The notes beneath the pieces are model-generated. The model was not told the origin of the DNA and made no database searches. It saw only the letters and a list, made by a program, of their open reading frames with translations. Shown one piece after another: positions 1 to 9,222 of a stretch of 64,000 bases of DNA. Position 1 is the first letter of the stretch, and the number at the start of each line of letters is the position of its first letter. The stretch is taken from the NCBI RefSeq assembly GCF_003063625.1, contig NZ_CP026604.1, forward strand, positions 2,704,065 to 2,768,064. Reading direction: 5' to 3'. The stretch is from Saccharobesus litoralis. GTDB lineage: Bacteria; Pseudomonadota; Gammaproteobacteria; Enterobacterales; Alteromonadaceae. The translations under genes were made by a program, and so were the position numbers.

Positions 1-249
1 TAGTCTTCTCGCTCAGGTCTTATGGTTCATTGTCAGCGCTTACTCTCGACTTTGCTTACATGGATGTAAGTACTTAGGTTTCGTCTGGAACAGGAAACCT
101 GCGGCTCCTGCGTCGTCCTACTACCTAAATCCACTTTCTTCCATTAAGAGCGGCAGCCCCAATCACATAGTAGAGCATATGCTCATGGGGTCTCGAAGCT
201 TGCCTACATGGATGTAGGTACTTAGGTTTCGTCTGGAACTAGAAACCTG
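1..249. mobile_element. MITE-like repeat element, copy A left part. The window starts at element nt 3. It is the inverted orientation of copy B and is interrupted by the IS110-like insertion.
   Basis: About 90% identity to the reverse complement of 7632-7988. Same terminal TAGTC and hairpin modules. Similarity stops at ...gaaacctg (249). Confidence 0.8.
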
Positions 250-333
250 ATAATCCTCTAAGACAGCCTCGCAGTATCGTCTGACTTTCAGTACTAAACT
301 GAAAGGTGAAGCTAAAACTTTACCGGAGGCTGT

Positions 334-1341
334 ATGAAATATTTTAGCGCAATTGATCTACATTCGAATAATTCTTATCTGGTTATTTCTGATGAAGAGG
401 ATCGCAGTATGGTTGAAAAACGTCTAGCAAATGATCTTAAGTTGATATTAAGGGAATTGGAACCATTCAAGTCTGATATCCAAGGGATCGCTGTTGAATC
501 AACTTATAACTGGTATTGGTTAGTTGATGGGTTAATGGACGCCGGTTATACACTCAAACTTGTTAACACCTCAGCTATCCAGAGCTATTCAGGACTTAAA
601 TATACCAATGATGTCCATGATGCTCGATGGCTGGCCAAGTTACTTAGACTCGATATTTTACCAACAGGCTATATTTACCCGAAAGAGCAACGTAAAGTGC
701 GAGACATACTGCGTAAACGGGCAGGCCTTGTTCAACAACGTTCTTTAAATATTACCAGCTTCAAAAGCATGTTTGCGCGCCAGTTGGGGTTCACTATCAA
801 ATCCAATGATATCCATAAAAATATGGAGCAATTTTGTTTTGAAGATCCAATGCTAGAAGCTTGTTGTGCTCCGCACAAACAACTCTATAAAGTATTGACA
901 GAAGAAATTGATAAGCTCGAAAAGTTAGTTGGCTCACAACTCAAAGAGTCATCGATATACACCCAGCTACAAACAACACCGGGGATAGGAAAAATTCTAG
1001 CGGCTACGATTTCATTAGAAACAGGCAATATTAGTCGTTTCAATAAAGTCGGTAACTATGCTTCATATTGCCGTTGTGTTAAAAGTACAAGGGTTAGTAA
1101 TTATAAAATCAAAGGGAAAGGGAATGCCAAATGTGGCAACAAGTACTTATCTTGGGCTTTTTCCGAAGCAGCTCATTTTGCTATACGCCATTACAAGCCT
1201 ATAAAATGCTTTTACGATCGTAAGAAACGTAAAAGCAATGGCATAATTGCAATGAGAGCTGTAGCTCACAAGCTAGCGAGAGCGTGTTACTTTATTATGC
1301 GAGATAACGTAGAGTTTGATATGAAATTAGCTTTTGGTTGA
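334..1341 (+). CDS. IS110-family transposase (DEDD RuvC-like N-terminal domain)
   Basis: 335 aa. N-terminal ...AIDLHSN... (GIDxSK-like). Typical IS110 Tnp length and composition. RBS GGAGG upstream. Confidence 0.8.
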   Translation: MKYFSAIDLHSNNSYLVISDEEDRSMVEKRLANDLKLILRELEPFKSDIQGIAVESTYNWYWLVDGLMDAGYTLKLVNTSAIQSYSGLKYTNDVHDARWLAKLLRLDILPTGYIYPKEQRKVRDILRKRAGLVQQRSLNITSFKSMFARQLGFTIKSNDIHKNMEQFCFEDPMLEACCAPHKQLYKVLTEEIDKLEKLVGSQLKESSIYTQLQTTPGIGKILAATISLETGNISRFNKVGNYASYCRCVKSTRVSNYKIKGKGNAKCGNKYLSWAFSEAAHFAIRHYKPIKCFYDRKKRKSNGIIAMRAVAHKLARACYFIMRDNVEFDMKLAFG

Positions 1342-1719
1342 CGGAAAGTGGTGAGCCAGCTTTAGGGGGTGGATTTAAACCACTAAACCTGATTGGACAC
1401 CACTTTCCACTTTTTATCTAGCTTCGCCCAATAAGTAAGCCATAGAAGGGTTGGACAAAGAGCCACCAAACGCTGTGCGTTGATTGGATATTTATTGGTA
1501 CCGGAAAATTTTTGAGGCGAGAGCCAAGGCGATTACAGCAGTTAGGTAAAAGCCTAATTCAGATGGGTGACTGATGCGAAGTTTTTTCGTAATCAGCAGA
1601 GTAAAATTCGAGTCGAATAAGACTAGAGAAAAGACGGGACTTAGGTGTACTGTAAAGTTTGATAAACAAATTTATTGTGTTATTCGTCCATGAAAAACGC
1701 AATAAATTCGCTTGTGAAT

Positions 1720-1803
1720 TTGACACCGGCTGCTTAATGGGTGACACCGGCTGCTTAATGGGTGACACCGGCTGCTTAATGGGTGACACCGGCTGCTTAA
1801 TGG
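1720..1803. repeat. Four tandem copies of the 21-bp unit GTGACACCGGCTGCTTAATGG abutting the IS right end
   Basis: Period 21 seen directly. Ends 3 nt before the IS/target junction. Confidence 0.9.
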
Positions 1804-1806
1804 GTG

Positions 1807-1832
1807 CCCCTAAAACCTGATCGCTTTGACTA
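1807..1832. mobile_element. MITE copy A right arm (cccctaaaacctgatcgctttgacta), followed by TA
   Basis: Matches the other end of copy B (reverse complement). Confidence 0.75.
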
Positions 1833-1852
1833 TATATGGTTTTAAAGTTGGT

Positions 1853-2773
1853 TTAAAGTTGCTTGAGTATATTATCCAAACCCGCTTTGGATAAGGCAAC
1901 GGATTCCAATGGGGTTAAACCTTCAGGGTAGGTTTCCTGCTCAACGACAAACCATTCGGTTCCGCCGACAGCGATATTAGCTCGACTTAAATTCAACCAA
2001 TCAATCATGTCTTGACCTATTATGGCTGAGTAGTTTTGAGGATTCGATTTTGGCAATACTATTTTGTAGTGGGTGGTTTTAGTGCGCCCTGGGTAGCGTT
2101 TTACATACTCTATCGGGTCTTTACCTGCATATTGCACCCAGCCAACATCGAGTTGTAGAACTACATCATCAGTCGTATTGCGCGCTAAGTAGTCCCAATA
2201 AGTTGCTTCTTCATAGTCAGCAAACTCTTGAGCATGATTGTGATAACCAATTTGCATGCCATAGGGTTTCAGTTTTTTAGCCAGTGTGTTTAAGTCATCA
2301 GCGGCTGCTTGCCTATTTTTAGCTTGCCATACCCGTTCTTCCCAAGGGTCAATTAATGTTTTTACGCCTATGGTTTGGTAAAAATTAACGGTTTTTTCAA
2401 ACTGGCTACCTAACAATTGATCCATGCCAACATGAGCTGCACTGGCTTGTAAACCAAGTGAATCAAGAAAGGCTTTTAAACCTTGAGGATCTTGCTTAAA
2501 TCGACCAAATTCGCCAGCAAATTCAACACCTTGAAAACCCATGCTGGCTAACTGTGTTAACGTACCTTCAAAATCACGTTTAACGGCATCTTTGACTGAC
2601 CATAACTGCACACTGATTTTAGGCATAGTTGTGCTGTCATATTGTAAAGGCTTACTTGGCGTTACATGAGTTGATGATGAATGGGCAGGGTTTGAGTTAG
2701 ATTGGCAAGCACTCAGCAAGAGACCAATGCCAATTGTACAACTAGTGGCTAATAGTTTTAGAGAAGGTGACAT
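1853..2773 (-). CDS. Sugar phosphate isomerase/epimerase (xylose-isomerase-like TIM barrel) lipoprotein
   Basis: 306 aa. Lipoprotein signal ...LLLSAC. VQLWS...GFQGVEF pattern typical of the family. Confidence 0.55.
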   Translation of the reverse strand: MSPSLKLLATSCTIGIGLLLSACQSNSNPAHSSSTHVTPSKPLQYDSTTMPKISVQLWSVKDAVKRDFEGTLTQLASMGFQGVEFAGEFGRFKQDPQGLKAFLDSLGLQASAAHVGMDQLLGSQFEKTVNFYQTIGVKTLIDPWEERVWQAKNRQAAADDLNTLAKKLKPYGMQIGYHNHAQEFADYEEATYWDYLARNTTDDVVLQLDVGWVQYAGKDPIEYVKRYPGRTKTTHYKIVLPKSNPQNYSAIIGQDMIDWLNLSRANIAVGGTEWFVVEQETYPEGLTPLESVALSKAGLDNILKQL

Positions 2774-2922
2774 GTATTAATCCTTATTGGCAGCACAAGT
2801 TAATTATTAGTTGAATATAGGTTAAATATATTATGTAAAGATACGCAAGAGTGTTAAAAGTTAATCGGATCTCTATGCAATAATATCGGCGTTTATGGTT
2901 TTGGGTGTTAAATTGAAATAGC

Positions 2923-3675
2923 ATGGCTGATAATATTTTAGAGCAACAGGCAGCGCTGCTGCAGCAAGCGGGGCTAGAGCAAATTTTAGGTATGTATGAT
3001 TTGGTGCCCGATATTTTATTTTGGGTAAAAGATAATCGACATCGTTTTTTATTTGCTAACCAACTTTTACTCAGCCACGTAGGTTTAACTAGATTACAAG
3101 ACTTGTTGGGCAAAACGGATTTTGATTTTAGCCCTCACTATTTAGCTGCTCAATACGCCAAAGATGATGAAAAAGTGTTAGCAGGGCAAATCGTTAATGA
3201 GCGATTAGAAATGAATATGTGCCTAGATGGTGAGATAGCTTGGTATCTGACCTCGAAGCGGCCTATTATCAATTCTCAATCTGAAATTATCGGCTCTTAT
3301 GGCATTACACGCCATTTACAAAAAACTGCCAGTACTTTGTCAGGCATTAAAGCGGTTCAGCAGCCTGTTGATTACATACGTGAACATTTTCAATCTAATA
3401 TCACAATTGAGCAACTAGCTGAACTTGTACATGTTTCGGTTAGTGCGCTTGAGCGTCGCTTTAAAAAACATCTTAAAAAAACGCCGTGGCAGTTTTTAAC
3501 TGAAGTACGATTAGAGAATGCGCGGCGTTTGCTGGTAGAGACAGATTTACCAATCTCGCAAATTGGCTACGACAGTGGTTTTTCTGATCACAGTTATTTT
3601 GCCAAGCAATTTAAATTGTTTTTTGGTGAATTACCCTCGATATTTCGTGAGCAATACCAGAAAAAATTAGGCTAA
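2923..3675 (+). CDS. AraC-family transcriptional regulator with N-terminal sensor (PAS-like) domain
   Basis: C-terminal AraC dual HTH (…IEQLAELVHVSVSALERRFKK…LPISQIGYDSGFSDHSYFAKQFK…). Confidence 0.8.
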   Translation: MADNILEQQAALLQQAGLEQILGMYDLVPDILFWVKDNRHRFLFANQLLLSHVGLTRLQDLLGKTDFDFSPHYLAAQYAKDDEKVLAGQIVNERLEMNMCLDGEIAWYLTSKRPIINSQSEIIGSYGITRHLQKTASTLSGIKAVQQPVDYIREHFQSNITIEQLAELVHVSVSALERRFKKHLKKTPWQFLTEVRLENARRLLVETDLPISQIGYDSGFSDHSYFAKQFKLFFGELPSIFREQYQKKLG

Positions 3676-3974
3676 TCCTCTGCTGTAGGGAAACTGTATT
3701 GCCGTTTTACTTCGACAATTTGCACTTGATAACTTTCATACCATTGCTCTTGGCCATACTTTTGCGCGAGCAAGTGCATGGTATCTTGCTTCCATGCTTG
3801 TATAGATTCTTCATCTGGCCAATAAGATATGGCAATTTCTTGCGGCCCCTCAGTCGCACTCACAAAGTCCAAGCAGCCATATTGCTCAAACGCTAGCTTC
3901 CGCAGTTCGCTGGCTGCATTTAGGTAACTTTGATCTTGTTTTCCGACCTTGGCAATAAAAATAACGGCTAACAT
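3672..3974 (-). CDS. ABM (antibiotic biosynthesis monooxygenase)-like small protein
   Basis: About 100 aa, start taken at MLAVIF. Ferredoxin-like ABM pattern. Weak. Confidence 0.4.
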   Translation of the reverse strand: MLAVIFIAKVGKQDQSYLNAASELRKLAFEQYGCLDFVSATEGPQEIAISYWPDEESIQAWKQDTMHLLAQKYGQEQWYESYQVQIVEVKRQYSFPTAED

Positions 3975-4286
3975 ATTTAAACTCGTACTTTGTTTTATTG
4001 GCAGTTTACCCAATTAGCTGCATTTTTAAACATAGCTGGATAAAAATTTAAGGTTAATCTGTCATGTTCAATACCAGCTCATATGCCCAATCTTTGTAAC
4101 TTTTCGTTTAACTCGTTTAAAAAATTATAACATCACTGATATTGGTATGATTGATTAATTGAGATTAGATGCTAGTATAAGGTTTATTGGTAATATCAAT
4201 TGGTTTTATTTTTAGAGTGTATGATTAATTTTGGTAAACCAAGATTATTGATCACTCAAGTCAGATCAATAAATATAGAGAGACTT

Positions 4287-5408
4287 ATGAAGCACATAAC
4301 TCATCGTAAAACTGCACTTAGTATTTTGGTTTTAGCATCAGCCTCGCTAGCAGTTGGTTGCTCAAGTACGAGTGATAGCAAAGTCAATTCAACACCGGTA
4401 AAAAATAGTAGCGTTAGCGCATCTGTACCGGCAAGCAAGTTTGATTTAAGCCAGTGGAAGATCACTGTACCGTTAGATGAAGACAAGAATGGTAAAATTG
4501 ATGAGATTGACGTTAAAGCTATCCAATCTTACTCTCACCCAGATTATTTTTACCTAGATGATAATGGCCATATGGTATTTGCTACGCCAAACAAGGCGAC
4601 AACAACCAGCGGTTCGTCTAACACTCGTAGTGAGTTACGCCAAATGTTGCGTGGCGATAATACAAAAATTAAAACCAAAGGTCCTGGCAATAACTTTGTT
4701 TTAGCTAAGCACTCGTTAGCTAAACACTTTGCTGCCGTTGGCGGAAAAATGGAAGCCAGTTTAAAAGTTGATCATGTGGCTCGTCGCGCGGGTCATCCAG
4801 ATAAGCCACCAGCTTACTCTGTGGTTGTTGGCCAAATACACGCAGGTAAAGACAAAAACCTGTTAAAGAAAACCAACAACTTGTTTGGTTGGGGTAATGA
4901 GCCAATCAAGGTTTATTATAAAAAGTGGCCACATCACGACACAGGCTCGGTTTTTTGGAACTATGAGCGTAACTTAGCGAAAGACGATCCTAACCGTACT
5001 GATATCGCTTATCCGGTATGGGGTAATACATGGAAAAACCCAGCTGATCCAGGAGCTGAAGGTATAAAATTAGGTGAAGAATTTAGCTATGTGATCAATG
5101 TGCATGAAAATGTGATGCATTTGGAGTTTAGTGCTAAAGGTAAGCCTACCGTTAAGTATTCAATTGACCTGACCAATAATGTAGATGCATACGGTAAAGT
5201 TGATGAGTTAGACAACCCACATGGTTACACATTAGATTGGAATTACTTTAAAGCCGGTGCCTACAATCAATGTAGTACTAAAGATGCCCCTGGCGGTTGG
5301 TATACCGCTTGTCCAGGAACTGGTGACTGGCAAACAGATAAAGCCAATGGTGATTACACTCAGGTAACCTTTACTCGTTTAAAATTGAGTGAAAGTACAG
5401 CGCCTTAA
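4287..5408 (+). CDS. Polysaccharide lyase, PL7-like alginate lyase lipoprotein
   Basis: Lipoprotein signal LAVGCSS. PL7 signature blocks RSELRQM, QIHAG and YFKAGAYNQ. Confidence 0.65.
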   Translation: MKHITHRKTALSILVLASASLAVGCSSTSDSKVNSTPVKNSSVSASVPASKFDLSQWKITVPLDEDKNGKIDEIDVKAIQSYSHPDYFYLDDNGHMVFATPNKATTTSGSSNTRSELRQMLRGDNTKIKTKGPGNNFVLAKHSLAKHFAAVGGKMEASLKVDHVARRAGHPDKPPAYSVVVGQIHAGKDKNLLKKTNNLFGWGNEPIKVYYKKWPHHDTGSVFWNYERNLAKDDPNRTDIAYPVWGNTWKNPADPGAEGIKLGEEFSYVINVHENVMHLEFSAKGKPTVKYSIDLTNNVDAYGKVDELDNPHGYTLDWNYFKAGAYNQCSTKDAPGGWYTACPGTGDWQTDKANGDYTQVTFTRLKLSESTAP

Positions 5409-5468
5409 ACTAAGCTTGTAATTGGTGAGTAAGCATTCGTTTACTCGCCAATAAAAGTGCTTGAGCAC

Positions 5469-6038
5469 TTAAAAATAGTAGTAATAGCTCGCTCCAATAT
5501 GCGAACCATCAATGGTTAAATAGCCATTGCCTATTTCATATTCAATTGAGGTGTAGCGAAATGTTACGTCTTGATGATAGTCAATTGAATAAGCCCCTTC
5601 TAATACTAAACCTGTCGCTGTATCTAATCGGGTTGTTCCACCACTATGGTTAAACTCTTCTTCATATTCTGGCGATATGTGTCGTGTAAAACCAGCAAAG
5701 GCAGTCCAATTTTCATTAAATTGATAGCCAGCTAACGCATCAAAAGTAATACGGTCAAACGTGATGTCGGCATTGGTCGCTGTTGCTGAATCAAAGTGAT
5801 AAGCTAAATTGGCCTTGTAGCGAAAGCCGACTTCTTCATCGAGTTGGTTAGTTAGCGAACCGCCAAAAACAAGTAAACCACCTGCTTTTACTGTCGCGGT
5901 ATCACCATTTTCGTAACGTAATCCACCGAGATCGTCACCACCGTAGGTTAAGCCAGCGTACACGCCAAACTTTAGGTCAGCTAATGCCGGTGTTGAGAAC
6001 AAGCTTGCAGCAAGAGCGAAGCCGATTAATCTTTTCAT
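5469..6038 (-). CDS. Outer-membrane beta-barrel protein (OmpW/OmpA-like porin family)
   Basis: Signal peptide ...STPALA. Alternating beta-strand pattern. C-terminal aromatic F. Confidence 0.6.
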   Translation of the reverse strand: MKRLIGFALAASLFSTPALADLKFGVYAGLTYGGDDLGGLRYENGDTATVKAGGLLVFGGSLTNQLDEEVGFRYKANLAYHFDSATATNADITFDRITFDALAGYQFNENWTAFAGFTRHISPEYEEEFNHSGGTTRLDTATGLVLEGAYSIDYHQDVTFRYTSIEYEIGNGYLTIDGSHIGASYYYYF

Positions 6039-6121
6039 ATGCCATCCTTATGTTTTATATATTCCAGAAAAATCAGCCAGCACTGTAACAATCTTGTTAT
6101 AAGAACGCGAGCATTATCACT

Positions 6122-7588
6122 TTAAAGAATATCTAGCTCATCCCAAATATCGTCAATTTTCTGTTTAACTTCTTCAGGCATTTCAATCGGCACACCCCAT
6201 TCCCTGTCGGTTTCCCCTGGCCATTTATTGGTGGCATCCATACCCATTTTGGAGCCTAAACCTGATACTGGTGAAGCAAAGTCTAAGTAATCAATTGGCG
6301 TATTTTCAACGAAGGTAGTATCGCGGGCAGGATCCATCCGCGTGGTGATCGCCCAGATCACATCTTGCCAATCACGCGCATTGACATCGTCATCGCAGAC
6401 AATCACAAACTTGGTATACATAAACTGGCGTAGGAAAGACCAAACACCCATCATTACGCGTTTAGCATGACCCGGATATTGTTTTTTCATAGTCACCACT
6501 GCGAGACGGTATGAACAACCTTCCGGTGGTAAGTAAAAGTCGACTATTTCAGGGAATTGCTTTTGTAAAATAGGCACAAACACTTCATTTAGCGCGACAC
6601 CTAATACTGCAGGCTCATCCGGCGGACGTCCGGTATAGGTACTGTGATAAATTGGCTTTTTGCGATGAGTGATATGAGTCACGGTAAATACAGGGAAATC
6701 ATCAACTTCGTTGTAATAACCGGTATGGTCGCCATAAGGCCCTTCTGGTGCCATTTCATCCGGTGCTATATAACCCTCAAGCACAATCTCTGCACTGGCT
6801 GGTACCTGTAAATCATTACTTATCGACTTAACCACTTCGGTATTATTACCACGCAATAACCCAGCAAACGCATACTCGGATAAGGTATCTGGTACTGGCG
6901 TAACGGCGCCTAAAATAGTGGCTGGATCTGCGCCAAGCGCTACCGAGACTGGGTAATTCTCGCCCGGATTGGCTTTTTTAAACTCTTGAAAATCTAAAGC
7001 GCCACCGCGATGTGACAACCAACGCATGATGACTTTGTTTTTACCTAAGACTTGTTGACGGTATATGCCGAGATTTTGTCGCTCTTTATTTGGCCCGCGG
7101 GTTACAGTTAAGCCCCAAGTGATTAATGGTGCGGCATCGCCCGGCCAACAATGTTGGATCGGCAACTTAGTTAAATCGACTTCTTCACCTTCCAGTACCA
7201 CTTCCTGACACGGGGCTTTTTTGACTTGCTTGGGCGGCATATTTAACACCTGCTTATAAACAGGTAGTTTTTGCCAAGCGTCTTTTAAACCTTTAGGTGG
7301 TTCGGGTTCTTTCAATGTCGCTAGTAACTTACCGACTTCACGCAGTGACTCGACCGAGTTTTGCCCCATACCCATGGCGACTCGCTCAGGTGTGCCAAAT
7401 AGATTAGCCAATACTGGCATATCAAAACCTTTCGGGTTTTCAAATAGCAAGGCAGGCCCGCCAGCGCGTAGGGTGCGATCGCTGATTTCTGTCATTTCCA
7501 AATAGGTATCAATCTCTTTAGTGATACGCTTGAGTTGGCCTTGTTTTTCAAGGCCAGCGATAAAATCGCGTAAGTCTTTATATTGCAT
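6122..7588 (-). CDS. ubiD: 4-hydroxy-3-polyprenylbenzoate decarboxylase UbiD
   Basis: 488 aa. N-terminus [22 protein letters not shown]... is highly UbiD-like. Confidence 0.85.
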   Translation of the reverse strand: MQYKDLRDFIAGLEKQGQLKRITKEIDTYLEMTEISDRTLRAGGPALLFENPKGFDMPVLANLFGTPERVAMGMGQNSVESLREVGKLLATLKEPEPPKGLKDAWQKLPVYKQVLNMPPKQVKKAPCQEVVLEGEEVDLTKLPIQHCWPGDAAPLITWGLTVTRGPNKERQNLGIYRQQVLGKNKVIMRWLSHRGGALDFQEFKKANPGENYPVSVALGADPATILGAVTPVPDTLSEYAFAGLLRGNNTEVVKSISNDLQVPASAEIVLEGYIAPDEMAPEGPYGDHTGYYNEVDDFPVFTVTHITHRKKPIYHSTYTGRPPDEPAVLGVALNEVFVPILQKQFPEIVDFYLPPEGCSYRLAVVTMKKQYPGHAKRVMMGVWSFLRQFMYTKFVIVCDDDVNARDWQDVIWAITTRMDPARDTTFVENTPIDYLDFASPVSGLGSKMGMDATNKWPGETDREWGVPIEMPEEVKQKIDDIWDELDIL

Positions 7589-7631
7589 GACAAATTCTTT
7601 TCAAAATAATTGCGCGCATTATACGCCGAAA

Positions 7632-7988
7632 TATAGTCAAAGCGATCAGGTTTTAGGGGCAGGTTTCTAGTTCCAGACGAAACCTAAGTACTTACATCCA
7701 TGTAAGTAAAGCCGTCAAAGCTACCGCGTCCTGCTCTCGCCCCTCGCTTAAAGCGCCTACTTTTGGTACCTGCATCCATGCAGGCAAGCTTCGAGACCCC
7801 ATGAGCATATGCTCTACTATGTGATTGGGGCTGCCGCTCTAAATGGAAGAAAGTGGATTTAGGTAGTAGAACGACGCAGGAGCCACAGGTTTCCTGTTCC
7901 CGACGAAACCTAAGTACTTACATCCATGTAAGCAAAGTCGAGAGTAAGGGCTGACAATGAACCATAAGACTTGAGCGAGAAGACTATA
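7632..7988. mobile_element. MITE-like element copy B (357 bp, full length). TAGTC...GACTA termini flanked by TA on both sides. Contains two direct about 50-bp hairpin modules.
   Basis: Repeated at 1-249/1807-1832 (inverted, split) and 49801-49987 (short variant). Confidence 0.8.
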
Positions 7989-8006
7989 AGTGTTTTTGAT
8001 CTGAGC

Positions 8007-8891
8007 TTAGGTTATAACTTGCGCTTCTTGCCAAAAGGCATTGATTAATGGGTCAGATAGTTTCTTTTGTAAGCAACAGACACCCAAGGCAAAAGGATCG
8101 ATCTTAACTTGGGTATTAAGCAATCTGACCTTATCCCGTACTGGACTATTTTCTATTACCACTTCGGGTGCAAAGCCTATGCCTAAGCCCAATGCCACCA
8201 TAGAAACTATGGCTTCATTACCGGCCACTTTGGCATAAACATGCGGTTTAAATTGCATATGTTCAAACCACGTGTCGCTGCGGAATTTAGTTAGCCCTTG
8301 TTCGGCAACAATATAAGGTAAGTTAGGCCAGTCGATATCCGCTTGGTCAAGTTTGCCAGAAAGCTGACAACCTTTATCTGGGCCAATTAGCAAAATAGGT
8401 ACACTATCAAAATCAGCAAAGGCAACATTGCTTGGTAAATTATCTGGCCGCGCTGAAATCGCAATATCGGCTTCGCCATTACTGACTTTATGAATAGCGG
8501 AGGCCGCGTCACCAGTAGCGAGGTTAATATCTATCTCCGGATGTTTAGCCGCTAAGCGATTAAGTATAGGTGGCAAATGCGAGTAGCTAGCCGTAACCGA
8601 GCAAAATACGGTGAGTTCACCAGTTAATTTGCGCTGGTCGGTTTGTGTATCTTGTTGAAACTGTAACCAAGCATCTAAAGTTTGATTGGCAAAGGTGCGA
8701 TAGGCTCGCCCTTGTGGGGTGAGTTTTACCTTGCGGTTATCACGCTCAAACAGCGGTACCCCAGCTTCCAACTCAAGGCGCTGAATGGTGCGACTTAAAG
8801 TTGACGGGCTAACATGCATAGCCTCACTGGTTTTGCCAAAATGCAGGCTATCGGCGAGGTGTAAATATAACTGTAGAGATTTTAGTTCCAT
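8007..8891 (-). CDS. ilvY: LysR-family regulator IlvY
   Basis: Divergent from ilvC. MELKSLQLYLHLADSLHFGKTSEAMHVSPSTLSRTIQRLE matches IlvY. The upstream in-frame ATG at 8954 would read through REP sequence. Confidence 0.8.
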   Translation of the reverse strand: MELKSLQLYLHLADSLHFGKTSEAMHVSPSTLSRTIQRLELEAGVPLFERDNRKVKLTPQGRAYRTFANQTLDAWLQFQQDTQTDQRKLTGELTVFCSVTASYSHLPPILNRLAAKHPEIDINLATGDAASAIHKVSNGEADIAISARPDNLPSNVAFADFDSVPILLIGPDKGCQLSGKLDQADIDWPNLPYIVAEQGLTKFRSDTWFEHMQFKPHVYAKVAGNEAIVSMVALGLGIGFAPEVVIENSPVRDKVRLLNTQVKIDPFALGVCCLQKKLSDPLINAFWQEAQVIT

Positions 8892-8942
8892 AGTTTTTTG
8901 TGGGTGAGGCTTTAGCCTTACGTTAGATGAACTAGCTTGCAG

Positions 8943-9024
8943 GTTCGTAAGCATAAATGCTCACCTACAACAAGTAGGCGAGCCTTTAGGCTTGCTTTTG
9001 TCGAGGCAAGCCTCGACCTACAAA
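8943..9024. repeat. REP-like palindromic repeats (…ctcacctacaa…cctcgacctacaa…) in the ilvY-ilvC divergent region
   Basis: Same motifs recur at 25130-25260, 30700-30995 and 35440-35590. Confidence 0.7.
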
Positions 9025-9222
9025 AAACATTTCATAATGTGAAATACAGTCTTGCTAATATATCACTTAACGCAAAACTAAAGATAGTGTAGAGTGCCCA
9101 GCATCCCAAATTAGACTCAAATTTTTGTTTAATTTGGCTGAGTTTTTACAGAAAGATTTTATTACTGATCTGGCAGTGTGCGATATGTCGGATTAATTAA
9201 CATTACTTTGATAGGAATTATC

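Larger units (their letters stand above)
250..1806 (+). mobile_element. IS110-family (IS1111-like arrangement) insertion sequence of about 1.56 kb. No terminal IRs are evident.
   Basis: It sits exactly between two halves of a MITE copy. Compare the uninterrupted junction ...gaaacctg|cccctaaaacc... in copy B. Transposase at 334-1341. 84-bp 5' and 465-bp 3' non-coding ends. Confidence 0.75.

Noticed and set aside
1559-1789. Minus-strand ORF encoding PIKQPVS repeats
   Set aside because: It is simply the translation of the 21-bp tandem repeat array at the IS end. No start context. Not a gene.
1720-1803. Possible CRISPR array
   Set aside because: Four identical 21-bp units with no spacers between them. 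A tandem repeat, not repeat-spacer architecture. No cas genes.
2784-3113. 109-aa Cys/Ser-rich minus-strand ORF
   Set aside because: Low-complexity. Overlaps the promoter and 5' end of the well-supported AraC gene on the other strand.
8892-8954. Longer ilvY start at 8954 (315 aa)
   Set aside because: The extra 21 codons read through a REP element and have no counterpart in IlvY. MELKS at 8891 matches the family N-terminus.
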